DNA of 64,000 bases from Candidatus Fermentibacterota bacterium (GTDB lineage: Bacteria; JAFGKV01): assembly GCA_016928395.1 (NCBI GenBank), contig JAFGKV010000063.1, forward strand, positions 1 to 64,000, in the 5' to 3' direction. The position numbers were made by a program, and so were the translations under genes. Within the stretch, counting starts at the first letter, position 1. The number at the start of each line of letters is the position of its first letter. The notes under the pieces were generated by a model. It searched no databases, had not been told where the DNA came from, and saw only the letters and a program-made list of their open reading frames with translations. Below, piece by piece: positions 40,787 through 49,250 of the stretch.

Positions 40787-41425
40787 TTACTCTCCCGCCC
40801 CACCCATATATGGGCGCTCGATGCCGAGAATGATCCTGATGGCCATGGATGCAGCTCCCAAGGCCGCACCGATGAGGATGCCCCGCTGCGCGGCAAGGTT
40901 GGGGACATTCATGATCCACTCGGTCAGTGCGGCGCTGGGCGGGAGCACGAACTTTCCGATGGGCACCCGGCCCAGCATGACGATGACAGCCGAGATCATC
41001 AGGATTGCAGCCTCGAGGTTCTTGACCCGGAAGGCCCGGAAGGCCGCCGAGGCAATCATGAAGGCGAGGAGGCTGAACATCGTGGCCTGCAAAGGAGTGA
41101 AGACGGTGTCGAAGAGCCAGTTGAAACCGACGGCCCTGCCCTGGGCCGATACAAACGGCTCCACAATGCCTAAAGAAGCCATGACCGCGAATGACGCGAC
41201 ACTCACGATGGAGTTACGCCACCCGATGCTGCGCCGTCCAATCTTCTTGGAATGGTGCTGCAAAAAGCTGACGACGCCCAACGGCAAGGCGAACGCGGTC
41301 ACGATCATGAGGAGTTCATCCAGCTTCTCGTTGAGCCCCACCACCACTGGAGCGCTAACGAAGAAGGCGACGACGACGAAGGTGCCGGTGAGAAACGCGA
41401 GTAGAACCGGTATTTGCCGCTTCAA
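40787..41425 (-). CDS. Uncharacterised membrane protein
   Basis: About 6 TM; PLQATMFSLLAFMIASAAFRAFRV, GIERPYMG. Confidence 0.8.
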   Translation of the reverse strand: MKRQIPVLLAFLTGTFVVVAFFVSAPVVVGLNEKLDELLMIVTAFALPLGVVSFLQHHSKKIGRRSIGWRNSIVSVASFAVMASLGIVEPFVSAQGRAVGFNWLFDTVFTPLQATMFSLLAFMIASAAFRAFRVKNLEAAILMISAVIVMLGRVPIGKFVLPPSAALTEWIMNVPNLAAQRGILIGAALGAASMAIRIILGIERPYMGGAGE

Positions 41426-41429
41426 GGGT

Positions 41430-42431
41430 TCACTCCTGGGTGAAGAAGTCGGCGAACTCGCCGATTCCGAGAGATGACAAGACCATCCCCACCACGATGA
41501 GGACGATCAGCGCCGCCTTGACGAGATCCTGACCTTTGATAGAGCCAAGGATCAGCGGTTCCCGCGATAGGTACGCGCTGGCAGCGTACAGCTCTTCTCC
41601 GATGAGCGTGTAGTCACACGCCACCACGAAAAACGGGAGCTGCGCCAGCTCCGCGGTGCCGGCTACCTGGATGGCCCCTGCCGCATTGCCGGCCTCCGCC
41701 ATAATCAACGATTCGGCGTAGAATGAACCGATGAGGAAGTTGGTGGCAGGCTTTTCCCTGGTCATGAGCCCCTGAATCGCGGCCGTATAGGCGAACTGGT
41801 CATACGTTACATAGTTGACCATGTCTTCCTGGAAATAGTCAGGCCGGCCGGCCTTCATGTACGCTTCCTTCACGACCTCACGCGCCGTGGCCAGGACAAG
41901 GGGATCCTTGTTCGGCACCTCCAGCTGCGTACCATAGGCGGCTGTTCGTTCTGCAACATACCCAAGGATCGACATGGAGGCCACAGTCTGGATATTGTCC
42001 ACAGACATGATCCCCGGAATGTAGAGCACCTTGCGGCCCATCTCGGTAGCGCGGCCCACGGCCTCATCAACAGCGTCTAAACCAGCAATCTTCCGGATGA
42101 AGAGCGGCGCTCCCTTCTTGGCCAGACCAATGTACGCCAGTATCGCACCAGCAAAGAAGGTGAAGAGTAGCAATGCGTTCAGCCGCTCCTCTCGGAAAAA
42201 CCTGGAGGGTGTAGCTGTGGTCTCCATGCCGCTCAGGGTGACCAAGGCTATGGCGGAGTCTGCCGAGGCGCCGGCCAGATCCGACATGCAGGGTGTCGCC
42301 GACACGCACAGCATCAGCAGGGCCCCGCCGAACAGAACACTTGCCGCCCGCGCCGCCCGATGGACGGCAGAACATCGCCGCGACAACCACGGCACGAAGA
42401 CCCTGGCTTTATCCCACCACCCAACGGTCAT
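41430..42431 (-). CDS. DUF6754-like membrane protein
   Basis: FIRKIAGLDAVDEAVGRATEMG, FYAESLI, CDYTLIGEELYAASAYL. Family recalled from motifs; start uncertain. Confidence 0.7.
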   Translation of the reverse strand: MTVGWWDKARVFVPWLSRRCSAVHRAARAASVLFGGALLMLCVSATPCMSDLAGASADSAIALVTLSGMETTATPSRFFREERLNALLLFTFFAGAILAYIGLAKKGAPLFIRKIAGLDAVDEAVGRATEMGRKVLYIPGIMSVDNIQTVASMSILGYVAERTAAYGTQLEVPNKDPLVLATAREVVKEAYMKAGRPDYFQEDMVNYVTYDQFAYTAAIQGLMTREKPATNFLIGSFYAESLIMAEAGNAAGAIQVAGTAELAQLPFFVVACDYTLIGEELYAASAYLSREPLILGSIKGQDLVKAALIVLIVVGMVLSSLGIGEFADFFTQE

Positions 42432-42445
42432 CGAGCCCACACCGT

Positions 42446-42889
42446 CTACTCCTTCACGACCCACAATTTGATCCGGGTAGTAACATCAGCGTGAAGCCTC
42501 AGTTCAACAGCGAAGATGCCCAAGGTATTGATGGGATCATCGAGGACGATCTTCTTCTTGTCAATATCGAATCCCTTTTCCTTGAGAAGGCCGGCAATGT
42601 CCGCGGTAGTCACCCGGCCAAAAATCCTATCCTCTTCGCCGACTTTGACTCGGGCGGTCAAGGACACCCGCCGCAACTGATTGGCGAGGTGTTGTGCCTC
42701 TCGACGTGAGCGGCTCTCGGCCATCTGGGCCTGCTTGTCGCGCTCCATAAGCTGGTTCCGCGCGGCATCGCTGGCTGGAAGCCCCGTGCCGCGGGGAATC
42801 AGGAAGTTGCGGGCGTATCCATCGGCGACCTTGACCACATCGCCGCGTTTGCCCAGCGTAGGCATATCCTGCATCAGAATAAGGTCCAT
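42446..42889 (-). CDS. rplI: 50S ribosomal protein L9
   Basis: LGKRGDVVKVADGYARNFLIPRG. Confidence 0.97.
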   Translation of the reverse strand: MDLILMQDMPTLGKRGDVVKVADGYARNFLIPRGTGLPASDAARNQLMERDKQAQMAESRSRREAQHLANQLRRVSLTARVKVGEEDRIFGRVTTADIAGLLKEKGFDIDKKKIVLDDPINTLGIFAVELRLHADVTTRIKLWVVKE

Positions 42890-42917
42890 AACCTCTCTCT
42901 CCTCTCGCCGTCTCGGC

Positions 42918-43343
42918 TCAGAAGGGCATCTCGTCGTCCACCGGTTCGTCAAATGCCTCCCGCTCAGGGGGCGGGGGGGCGTACTCGCGATCACCCTCGG
43001 CCTTGCTGAGCATCTGCAGTCGTTGTGCGTGAATCTCAATGACACTGTGGCGCTGACCATCGGAGCTCTCCCAGGTCCGAGAATGGAGTCTCCCTTCAAC
43101 CAACACCGAAGAGCCCTTATGGGCCAGCTCTGCGACGCGCTCCGCAAGCTTCTGCCAGGCGACGATGGTGAAAAAGCTGGTTTCTTCTCGTGATTCGCCG
43201 CTGGAGTCCTTATAGTAGCGGTTCACCGCAATGCCAAAGGTCGCGACGGCTACTCCGGAGGGCGTGTACCGCATCTCGGGATCGCGGGTCAACCTCCCGG
43301 TGAGCTGCACGAAATTGAGGCTGGGCAGTCTCAGGTCCGCCAT
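42918..43343 (-). CDS. ssb: Single-stranded DNA-binding protein (paralog 2)
   Basis: LNFVQLTGRLTRDPEMRYTPSG, KGSSVLVEGRL, tail DDEMPF. Confidence 0.95.
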   Translation of the reverse strand: MADLRLPSLNFVQLTGRLTRDPEMRYTPSGVAVATFGIAVNRYYKDSSGESREETSFFTIVAWQKLAERVAELAHKGSSVLVEGRLHSRTWESSDGQRHSVIEIHAQRLQMLSKAEGDREYAPPPPEREAFDEPVDDEMPF

Positions 43344-43398
43344 GTCATGCTCCTCTCCACCCTACCAGACCCTGGGGGCGTTGGATCTCCATCGGATG

Positions 43399-43842
43399 TT
43401 AGAATGGGAGATCATCCACCAGGTCGTCAACCTGCACGATGCTCTCCTCCTCATCGAGCCCTTCCGAACCGTGGGATTGATCGGTACGCGACTCGTCCAT
43501 TCGGTTGAGGAACTGGACACGAAACGCTCGGATCTCCACCACAGTTCGCCGGGCACCGCCCTCTGTCTCCCACTGGCGGCTTTGCATCTCTCCCTCGATC
43601 AGGACGGCGCTACCCTTCCGGAGGCGTTCACCTACGAGTTCGGCCAGGCGCTGCCAGGCTACGATATTCACATAACACACGTCCTCGCGCCGCTCACCGT
43701 CAGGCGAGCGATACCATCGATTCGACGCAATCCGAAAGTTGGCCACGGGCACGCCCGACGCGGTGTACCGCAGTTCAGGATCCCGCGTGAGATTTCCCGC
43801 AATAAACACTCTGTTCAACGCGGGCAAGCGGAACTCAGCCAT
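43399..43842 (-). CDS. ssb: Single-stranded DNA-binding protein (paralog 1)
   Basis: LNRVFIAGNLTRDPELRYTASG, KGSAVLIEG, tail DDLPF. Confidence 0.95.
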   Translation of the reverse strand: MAEFRLPALNRVFIAGNLTRDPELRYTASGVPVANFRIASNRWYRSPDGERREDVCYVNIVAWQRLAELVGERLRKGSAVLIEGEMQSRQWETEGGARRTVVEIRAFRVQFLNRMDESRTDQSHGSEGLDEEESIVQVDDLVDDLPF

Positions 43843-43924
43843 ATCGGTGCCCTCCCTATGTCAGAGCTCTTGGTCGGTGGCGGCTGGCCGGCTGATTGGA
43901 TGGGGGCCGGACTACTGCTCACGC

Positions 43925-44371
43925 TCAGGTGTCATCCTCGACATTGTCGGCTCGCACGTCGCTGTCGTCAAGTTCGTTCTCATGCTCATCCCGATGGCTG
44001 TCGTCGGGTTCTGCCACCGGATGCTCCGCGGCCTCAGCCTGGCCCTGTTCCATAGCGACAGGAGAGATCATGCCTTCAGGCGAGGGAGCTTCCCGAACGA
44101 TGGTGAGATACCGCAGAACCGATTCCTGCATTCGGTAGTACTGGTCGAGGGCCGCTACCGTCTCACCCTGCGCCTCAAACTCCACCAGGAAGTAGATCCC
44201 GTCACGGCGATGCTTGATTGAATACGCGAGCTTGCGCTTTCCCCACTCCTCGATCTTGAGGATTCTCCCGCCTCGTGACTCGATCTGCTCCTTGACCCTG
44301 TCCATGTGCTTCTCGAACGCATCTTCGGAAGCCAGGGGGTCGACAACTACCACGGTTTCGTAAAACGCCAC
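43925..44371 (-). CDS. rpsF: 30S ribosomal protein S6 with long acidic C-terminal tail
   Basis: YETVVVVDP, WGKRKLAYSI, GIYFL, VLRYL. Confidence 0.95.
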   Translation of the reverse strand: MAFYETVVVVDPLASEDAFEKHMDRVKEQIESRGGRILKIEEWGKRKLAYSIKHRRDGIYFLVEFEAQGETVAALDQYYRMQESVLRYLTIVREAPSPEGMISPVAMEQGQAEAAEHPVAEPDDSHRDEHENELDDSDVRADNVEDDT

Positions 44372-44546
44372 GCTATCCTCCTTGTATTCCCCTGCGCCCG
44401 CCTTGACCGGGCGCCGCAGCCTCTCTGCCTCAGGCGACCGCCATGGGCGACGGCGGTGTCGAGACGAAGCTCCAATGAGTGTGCCTCACCATCCATGCTC
44501 AGCCAGATCGAGACCCCTGGCAGCATCTCTGGACCCAAGACCATGT

Positions 44547-46706
44547 TTACCGCAACAATGTGTACTTCACTACGAGCCCCGCAAACACAATGGATACCAT
44601 CGACATGAGCTTCAACAGGATGTTGAGCGAAGGCCCTGAGGTATCCTTGAACGGGTCTCCCACCGTATCGCCCACCACGGCGGCTTTGTGCGCGGGAGAC
44701 CCCTTTCCACCGTGATGACCTCTTTCAATGAACTTCTTTGCATTGTCCCATGCGCCACCCGAATTGGCCATCATCACCGCCAGCACAAATCCGCTGACCA
44801 AAGAACCCGCCAGCAGGCCGATTACCGCCTCGGCCCCCATGGCCACACCCACCACTATGGGGGCCAGTATGGCCACCAACGATGGAGCAATCATCTCCTT
44901 CTGCGCACCGGCGGTGGCTATGCTCACGCATCGGGCATAATCCGGTTTCCCTTCGCCAGTCATGATTCCCGCGATCTCACGGAACTGACGGCGCACTTCC
45001 GTCACGATGCTCTGAGCGGCCCGCCCCACAGCCCGCATGGTGAGTGAACAGAAGAAGAACGGCATCATGCCCCCGACAAAAAGCCCCGCGATGATCTTGG
45101 GGTTCATCAGATGCAGCCCCTTATCGACATCAAGGATCATGCCCATACGCTGCGCGACAATGGAAAGCTGATCACGATACGCCGCGATGAGGGCCAGGGC
45201 AGTCAGAGCGGCCGATCCGATGGCGAACCCTTTGCCGGTGGCCGCAGTGGTATTCCCCAAAGCATCCAATGCATCGGTGCGCCGCCGGACCTCCGGCTCC
45301 AGATGGCTCATCTCTGCGTTACCGCCGGCATTATCCGCCACCGGGCCATAGGCATCGGTCGCCAATGTGATGCCCAGAGTGGACAGCATACCCACGGCGG
45401 CGGCGGCCACACCGTAGAGGCCTGTGTTGATCGTCTGTTCGGGCGACAGCACCACGCCCGCGGCCAGAGCGAGCTTAATGGGAAGGAAGTAGGACAGCAG
45501 GATGGCTACTCCCACGACCAACACCGGCAATCCGGTGGACATCATGCCCACGGCGATGCCGCTGATGATCACCGTCGCCGGGCCGGTGACCGACGCGTCA
45601 GCAATCGTCCGCGTGGGGCCATAGCGGTCCGACGTGTAGTACTCTGTGCTGAGACCGATGATGACGCCCGCGGCAAGCCCGGTGAGCACAGCCCAGTACA
45701 CGCCGATATAGTCCATGCCCAGTGATGCCCGAATAAGGAAGTACGCAGCGACGGCGACAAGGCCTGCGCTGACGAACACGCCGCGGCGAAGCGCCGCCAG
45801 AAGTGCCCCCTGCTCAGCCTGCTCGCCGGAACGAACGAAGAAGGTGCCGATGATGGAGGCAAGCACGCCGACGGCGGCCATGCTCATGGGAACCGTCACG
45901 CCTTTGACGCCCAATCCGGCCGCAGCAGCCAACGCGCCGGTGGCGACGATTGAGCCGACGTATGACTCGTACAAGTCAGCCCCCATTCCCGCGACGTCAC
46001 CCACATTGTCACCCACATTATCGGCGATGACCGCGGGATTCCTCGGATCATCCTCGGGTATGCCTGCTTCGACCTTGCCGACCAAGTCCGCGCCGACATC
46101 AGCGGCCTTGGTGAAGATGCCGCCTCCGACGCGGGCAAACAGCGCCTGCGATGAGGCCCCCATACCGAAGCAGAGCATGGTCGAGGTAATGGCGCCTATC
46201 TTGTCTGCGACGCCTCCCGGCAGCGGATGTGAGCCATAATACCAGTCGAGGAAGTAGTACCAGATGGACAGGTCAAGCAGCCCCAGTCCTACGACCGTAA
46301 GCCCCATCACGGCTCCGCTGGAGAAGGCAACCCTGAGCCCGGAATTGAGGCTTCGCCGGGCGGCATTGGCGGTTCGGGCACTGGAGTGGGTCGCGACCGT
46401 CATGCCGATGAATCCACTGAGCCCGGAGAAGAACCCACCGCTGATGAAGGCGAACGGCACAAAGATGACCACGAGCTCAAGTCTGGCCAGGAGAAGGAGG
46501 ACGAGGAACATAAAGACAAAGTAAATCGTAACTACCGTATACTGGCGCTTGATGTAGGCGCGAGCGCCCTCGCGAACCGCGGCTGCGATCTCTTTCATGC
46601 GGTCCGTGCCCTCATCAAGCTTCATGATCCTCACCGCGAGATAGAAGGCAAAGCCGAGTGCGACGATGGATCCGACCGGCGCCAGCCACAGCAGATCACT
46701 GAACAT
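44547..46706 (-). CDS. hppA: Membrane ion-translocating pyrophosphatase, K+-dependent type
   Basis: GGIFTKAADVGADLVGKVE, DNVGDNVGD, GNTTAA (Ala variant associated with K+ dependence), GDTVGDPFKDTSGP. Confidence 0.97.
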   Translation of the reverse strand: MFSDLLWLAPVGSIVALGFAFYLAVRIMKLDEGTDRMKEIAAAVREGARAYIKRQYTVVTIYFVFMFLVLLLLARLELVVIFVPFAFISGGFFSGLSGFIGMTVATHSSARTANAARRSLNSGLRVAFSSGAVMGLTVVGLGLLDLSIWYYFLDWYYGSHPLPGGVADKIGAITSTMLCFGMGASSQALFARVGGGIFTKAADVGADLVGKVEAGIPEDDPRNPAVIADNVGDNVGDVAGMGADLYESYVGSIVATGALAAAAGLGVKGVTVPMSMAAVGVLASIIGTFFVRSGEQAEQGALLAALRRGVFVSAGLVAVAAYFLIRASLGMDYIGVYWAVLTGLAAGVIIGLSTEYYTSDRYGPTRTIADASVTGPATVIISGIAVGMMSTGLPVLVVGVAILLSYFLPIKLALAAGVVLSPEQTINTGLYGVAAAAVGMLSTLGITLATDAYGPVADNAGGNAEMSHLEPEVRRRTDALDALGNTTAATGKGFAIGSAALTALALIAAYRDQLSIVAQRMGMILDVDKGLHLMNPKIIAGLFVGGMMPFFFCSLTMRAVGRAAQSIVTEVRRQFREIAGIMTGEGKPDYARCVSIATAGAQKEMIAPSLVAILAPIVVGVAMGAEAVIGLLAGSLVSGFVLAVMMANSGGAWDNAKKFIERGHHGGKGSPAHKAAVVGDTVGDPFKDTSGPSLNILLKLMSMVSIVFAGLVVKYTLLR

Positions 46707-46846
46707 GGTGTCTCCCTTCCACGGTTCTCGATGTTCCTACTCTGGGCCGATACCCGTGCCGGCGGTGCCCCGGCACGACCGAAATAGCGCAAGGCGTCTG
46801 TGCCCGATCCTCGGACTCCTTGACAGGTGGCCGCGGTCCCATGGTG

Positions 46847-47491
46847 CTACGAGAGCCCAGCCCCTCCGGGCGAATCCTCTCCCTCCGGCGCGAGTCGCGC
46901 CCTCATGGAATCCAGGGTCATTGCCGAGAACGCGCCCTGTTGAACGCAAGACTCAATCATCTCAGCGGCCTGCCTGCAGGCAAGTACAAAGCCTCTCTGC
47001 TCATCCCCCGTAAGCGGCCTCAGCACAAAATCACTGAGATCATCCTCCCCTGTGCGGAAACTGCCGACTCCGATACGAACCCTCACAAACTCATCTGTTC
47101 CAACAGCCTCGATGATGGAAGCCAGTCCTTTGTGCCCGCCGGAGGATCCACCCGTCCTCATCCGGATTCGGCCATCCGGCAGTGCGACATCATCGCACAC
47201 CACCACTAGCCGCTCGGGCGGAAGCCCCGTCGAGGACAAGGCCGAACTGACTGCCCCGCCACTCCTGTTCATCCATCCGAGAGGCTTGACAAGCATCACC
47301 GCCGTGGCACCTATCTGTGCCGGTGCGCGGGCCATCATGACGCTATTCTCCCAGAGAGAGACGCCGGCTCGATCCGCGATTTCCTCGATGACCCAGAATC
47401 CAAGGTTGTGTCGCGTTGTGTGATACGCCCCGCCGGGGTTTCCCAATCCCACCATGAGCCAGGCAGGCGACGCACACACACGACCCGACAT
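46847..47491 (-). CDS. pth: Peptidyl-tRNA hydrolase
   Basis: VGLGNPG, TRHNLGF, MNRSG, GGHKGL, RVRIGVG. Confidence 0.95.
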   Translation of the reverse strand: MSGRVCASPAWLMVGLGNPGGAYHTTRHNLGFWVIEEIADRAGVSLWENSVMMARAPAQIGATAVMLVKPLGWMNRSGGAVSSALSSTGLPPERLVVVCDDVALPDGRIRMRTGGSSGGHKGLASIIEAVGTDEFVRVRIGVGSFRTGEDDLSDFVLRPLTGDEQRGFVLACRQAAEMIESCVQQGAFSAMTLDSMRARLAPEGEDSPGGAGLS

Positions 47492-47500
47492 GAGGGCCGG

Positions 47501-48136
47501 CTACGAGCCTTGGACCGATTCCGTCTCCTCTGTGACCGCCTGTTCGCCCTCCTCCGCGGTCGCCGCAACTGCCTCGATGCGCGGCCTCGCCACACTTGCC
47601 ACTGCCAGCGTGGGGTCACTGAGGATGGCGCCGTCGGTCCAGGCGATATCGGAGACGTGGAGCGAACTCCCCGCCCGAAGCCCACCGACGTCAAGCACGA
47701 GGTGATCCGGTATGTGGTGGGGCAGGCTTTTGATCTTCAGCCGCCACACGTGCTGCTCGAGATGGCCGCTTTCCTCCCGCACGCCGACAGGGATACCCTG
47801 AAGTTCCAACGGCACATCGACGACAAGCTCCTGCGTGGCCAAGACGACCTGGAAATCAAGATGAACGGGCCGGCCGGTCACGGGGTCTCGCTGCATCTCT
47901 CTCAGCAACGCCACTGACGGCGTGCGTTCGGTACCCACCGACAACTCGACCAACCGCCCCAGCCGCAGGCCCTTGCGGAGGGCTGATCGCAAGGCCTTCT
48001 CCTCCAGGGAGACTGACTCAGGATCGGTTTCCTTACCATAGACGATCGCAGGTACAAACCCCTGCCGCCGAAGCTTCCCTGCATTGCCCTTACCCAGCCC
48101 GGTCCGCGGCTGTACCTCCAGTGAAATCCTCTCCAT
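47501..48136 (-). CDS. rplY: 50S ribosomal protein L25/Ctc
   Basis: LRRQGFVPAIVYG, QRDPV, HLDF; long Ctc-type form next to pth. Confidence 0.95.
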   Translation of the reverse strand: MERISLEVQPRTGLGKGNAGKLRRQGFVPAIVYGKETDPESVSLEEKALRSALRKGLRLGRLVELSVGTERTPSVALLREMQRDPVTGRPVHLDFQVVLATQELVVDVPLELQGIPVGVREESGHLEQHVWRLKIKSLPHHIPDHLVLDVGGLRAGSSLHVSDIAWTDGAILSDPTLAVASVARPRIEAVAATAEEGEQAVTEETESVQGS

Positions 48137-48461
48137 GTTCCAACCTTCCATGTGGTGCAGACAGGTACCGCTACCCCAGTATGGCGCGTGCCATCGTTGC
48201 GTCGGCCCTGCTGAACGGAAATGACGCGGTGTGGCCGACCGTCGATCTCGTACGAATCCGGTCTCCTATCGACACCCGTGCGACTGAGTGGTGCACAGGG
48301 ATGCGGCACACCATCGCTCTCATGAGATCGCGCGATGCCAAGTGGCCTTATGGATAGCCGCTCCAAAAAAGGGTACTTGACTGTACCGTCAAGTCTAGAG
48401 AACCACGCACGCACCGCGACGAAGTGCGGTGTGACCATGAAAGCCCCCACGCCAGTGAACA

Positions 48462-48992
48462 TCAACCCGTCTTCGTCGGAGTGCCGTGCCCAGTCGTGGC
48501 CGACGAAGCGTCAATGAGGGTCAGGCGGAATCGGTCAACGGCTCCCGCTGCGGTGGCGGCGATTGCCTCCAGAAGTTCCCTGTCCCGGTCTCCGAACCGT
48601 CGAGGCTGATGCGAGTCGATGTCGAGTTCTCCTACGATGTGTCCGGCCGCCCGTACTGGTACTACGATCTCTGACTTCACCGCGAAACTGCAGGCGAGGT
48701 AGTTGCACTCCCGTGCTACATCATACACTACCACCGTGCGGGACTCGGCGGCTGCCTGCCCACAGATACCATGGCCGAAGGGGATGCGGGTGTGCTCGGT
48801 TGGTTCGCCCACAAACGGCCCCAGGACCAGCTCCCGCGGATGGAGCGGGTCGACCACATAGAACCCCACCCAGTCATAGCCATCACACTGTGCAGCCAGA
48901 ATACGGCAGATCTCCAAGAGTTGCTCCACGGCGGAGGAGTTCTCGGAGGCAATCTCATCGATGCTCCGCAAGAGACCCGCGTCATGCCCCAT
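48462..48992 (-). CDS. GAF-domain free methionine-R-sulfoxide reductase-like protein
   Basis: YDWVGFY, LGPFVG, GICGQAA, YLACS, SEIVVP, LDIDS. Confidence 0.85.
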   Translation of the reverse strand: MGHDAGLLRSIDEIASENSSAVEQLLEICRILAAQCDGYDWVGFYVVDPLHPRELVLGPFVGEPTEHTRIPFGHGICGQAAAESRTVVVYDVARECNYLACSFAVKSEIVVPVRAAGHIVGELDIDSHQPRRFGDRDRELLEAIAATAAGAVDRFRLTLIDASSATTGHGTPTKTG

Positions 48993-49250
48993 TGTTAACC
49001 TCCCGCGCAATGCTTCATGACGGCTCAGCTTTCGGATTCGGTATCGGTAATGGACAGACAATGGTAAAGGACTGAAGGACGCATGTCGTGTGCCCGGTCA
49101 TCCAAACACGGAGTGCGCAAAGTGGGATCCCTGCCCACCAACGGTGAACTGGGGAACAACAGAGACAAAGAACCCCGGCGCGATGGCAGTATGCGCATGT
49201 TCCTTACCACGCAATCCGAATTAGGAAGCCCAACTCTGGGGTACAGGGCA

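Noticed and set aside
48152-48461. tRNA or prs upstream of rplY
   Set aside because: No tRNA signature, and the gap is too short for prs.
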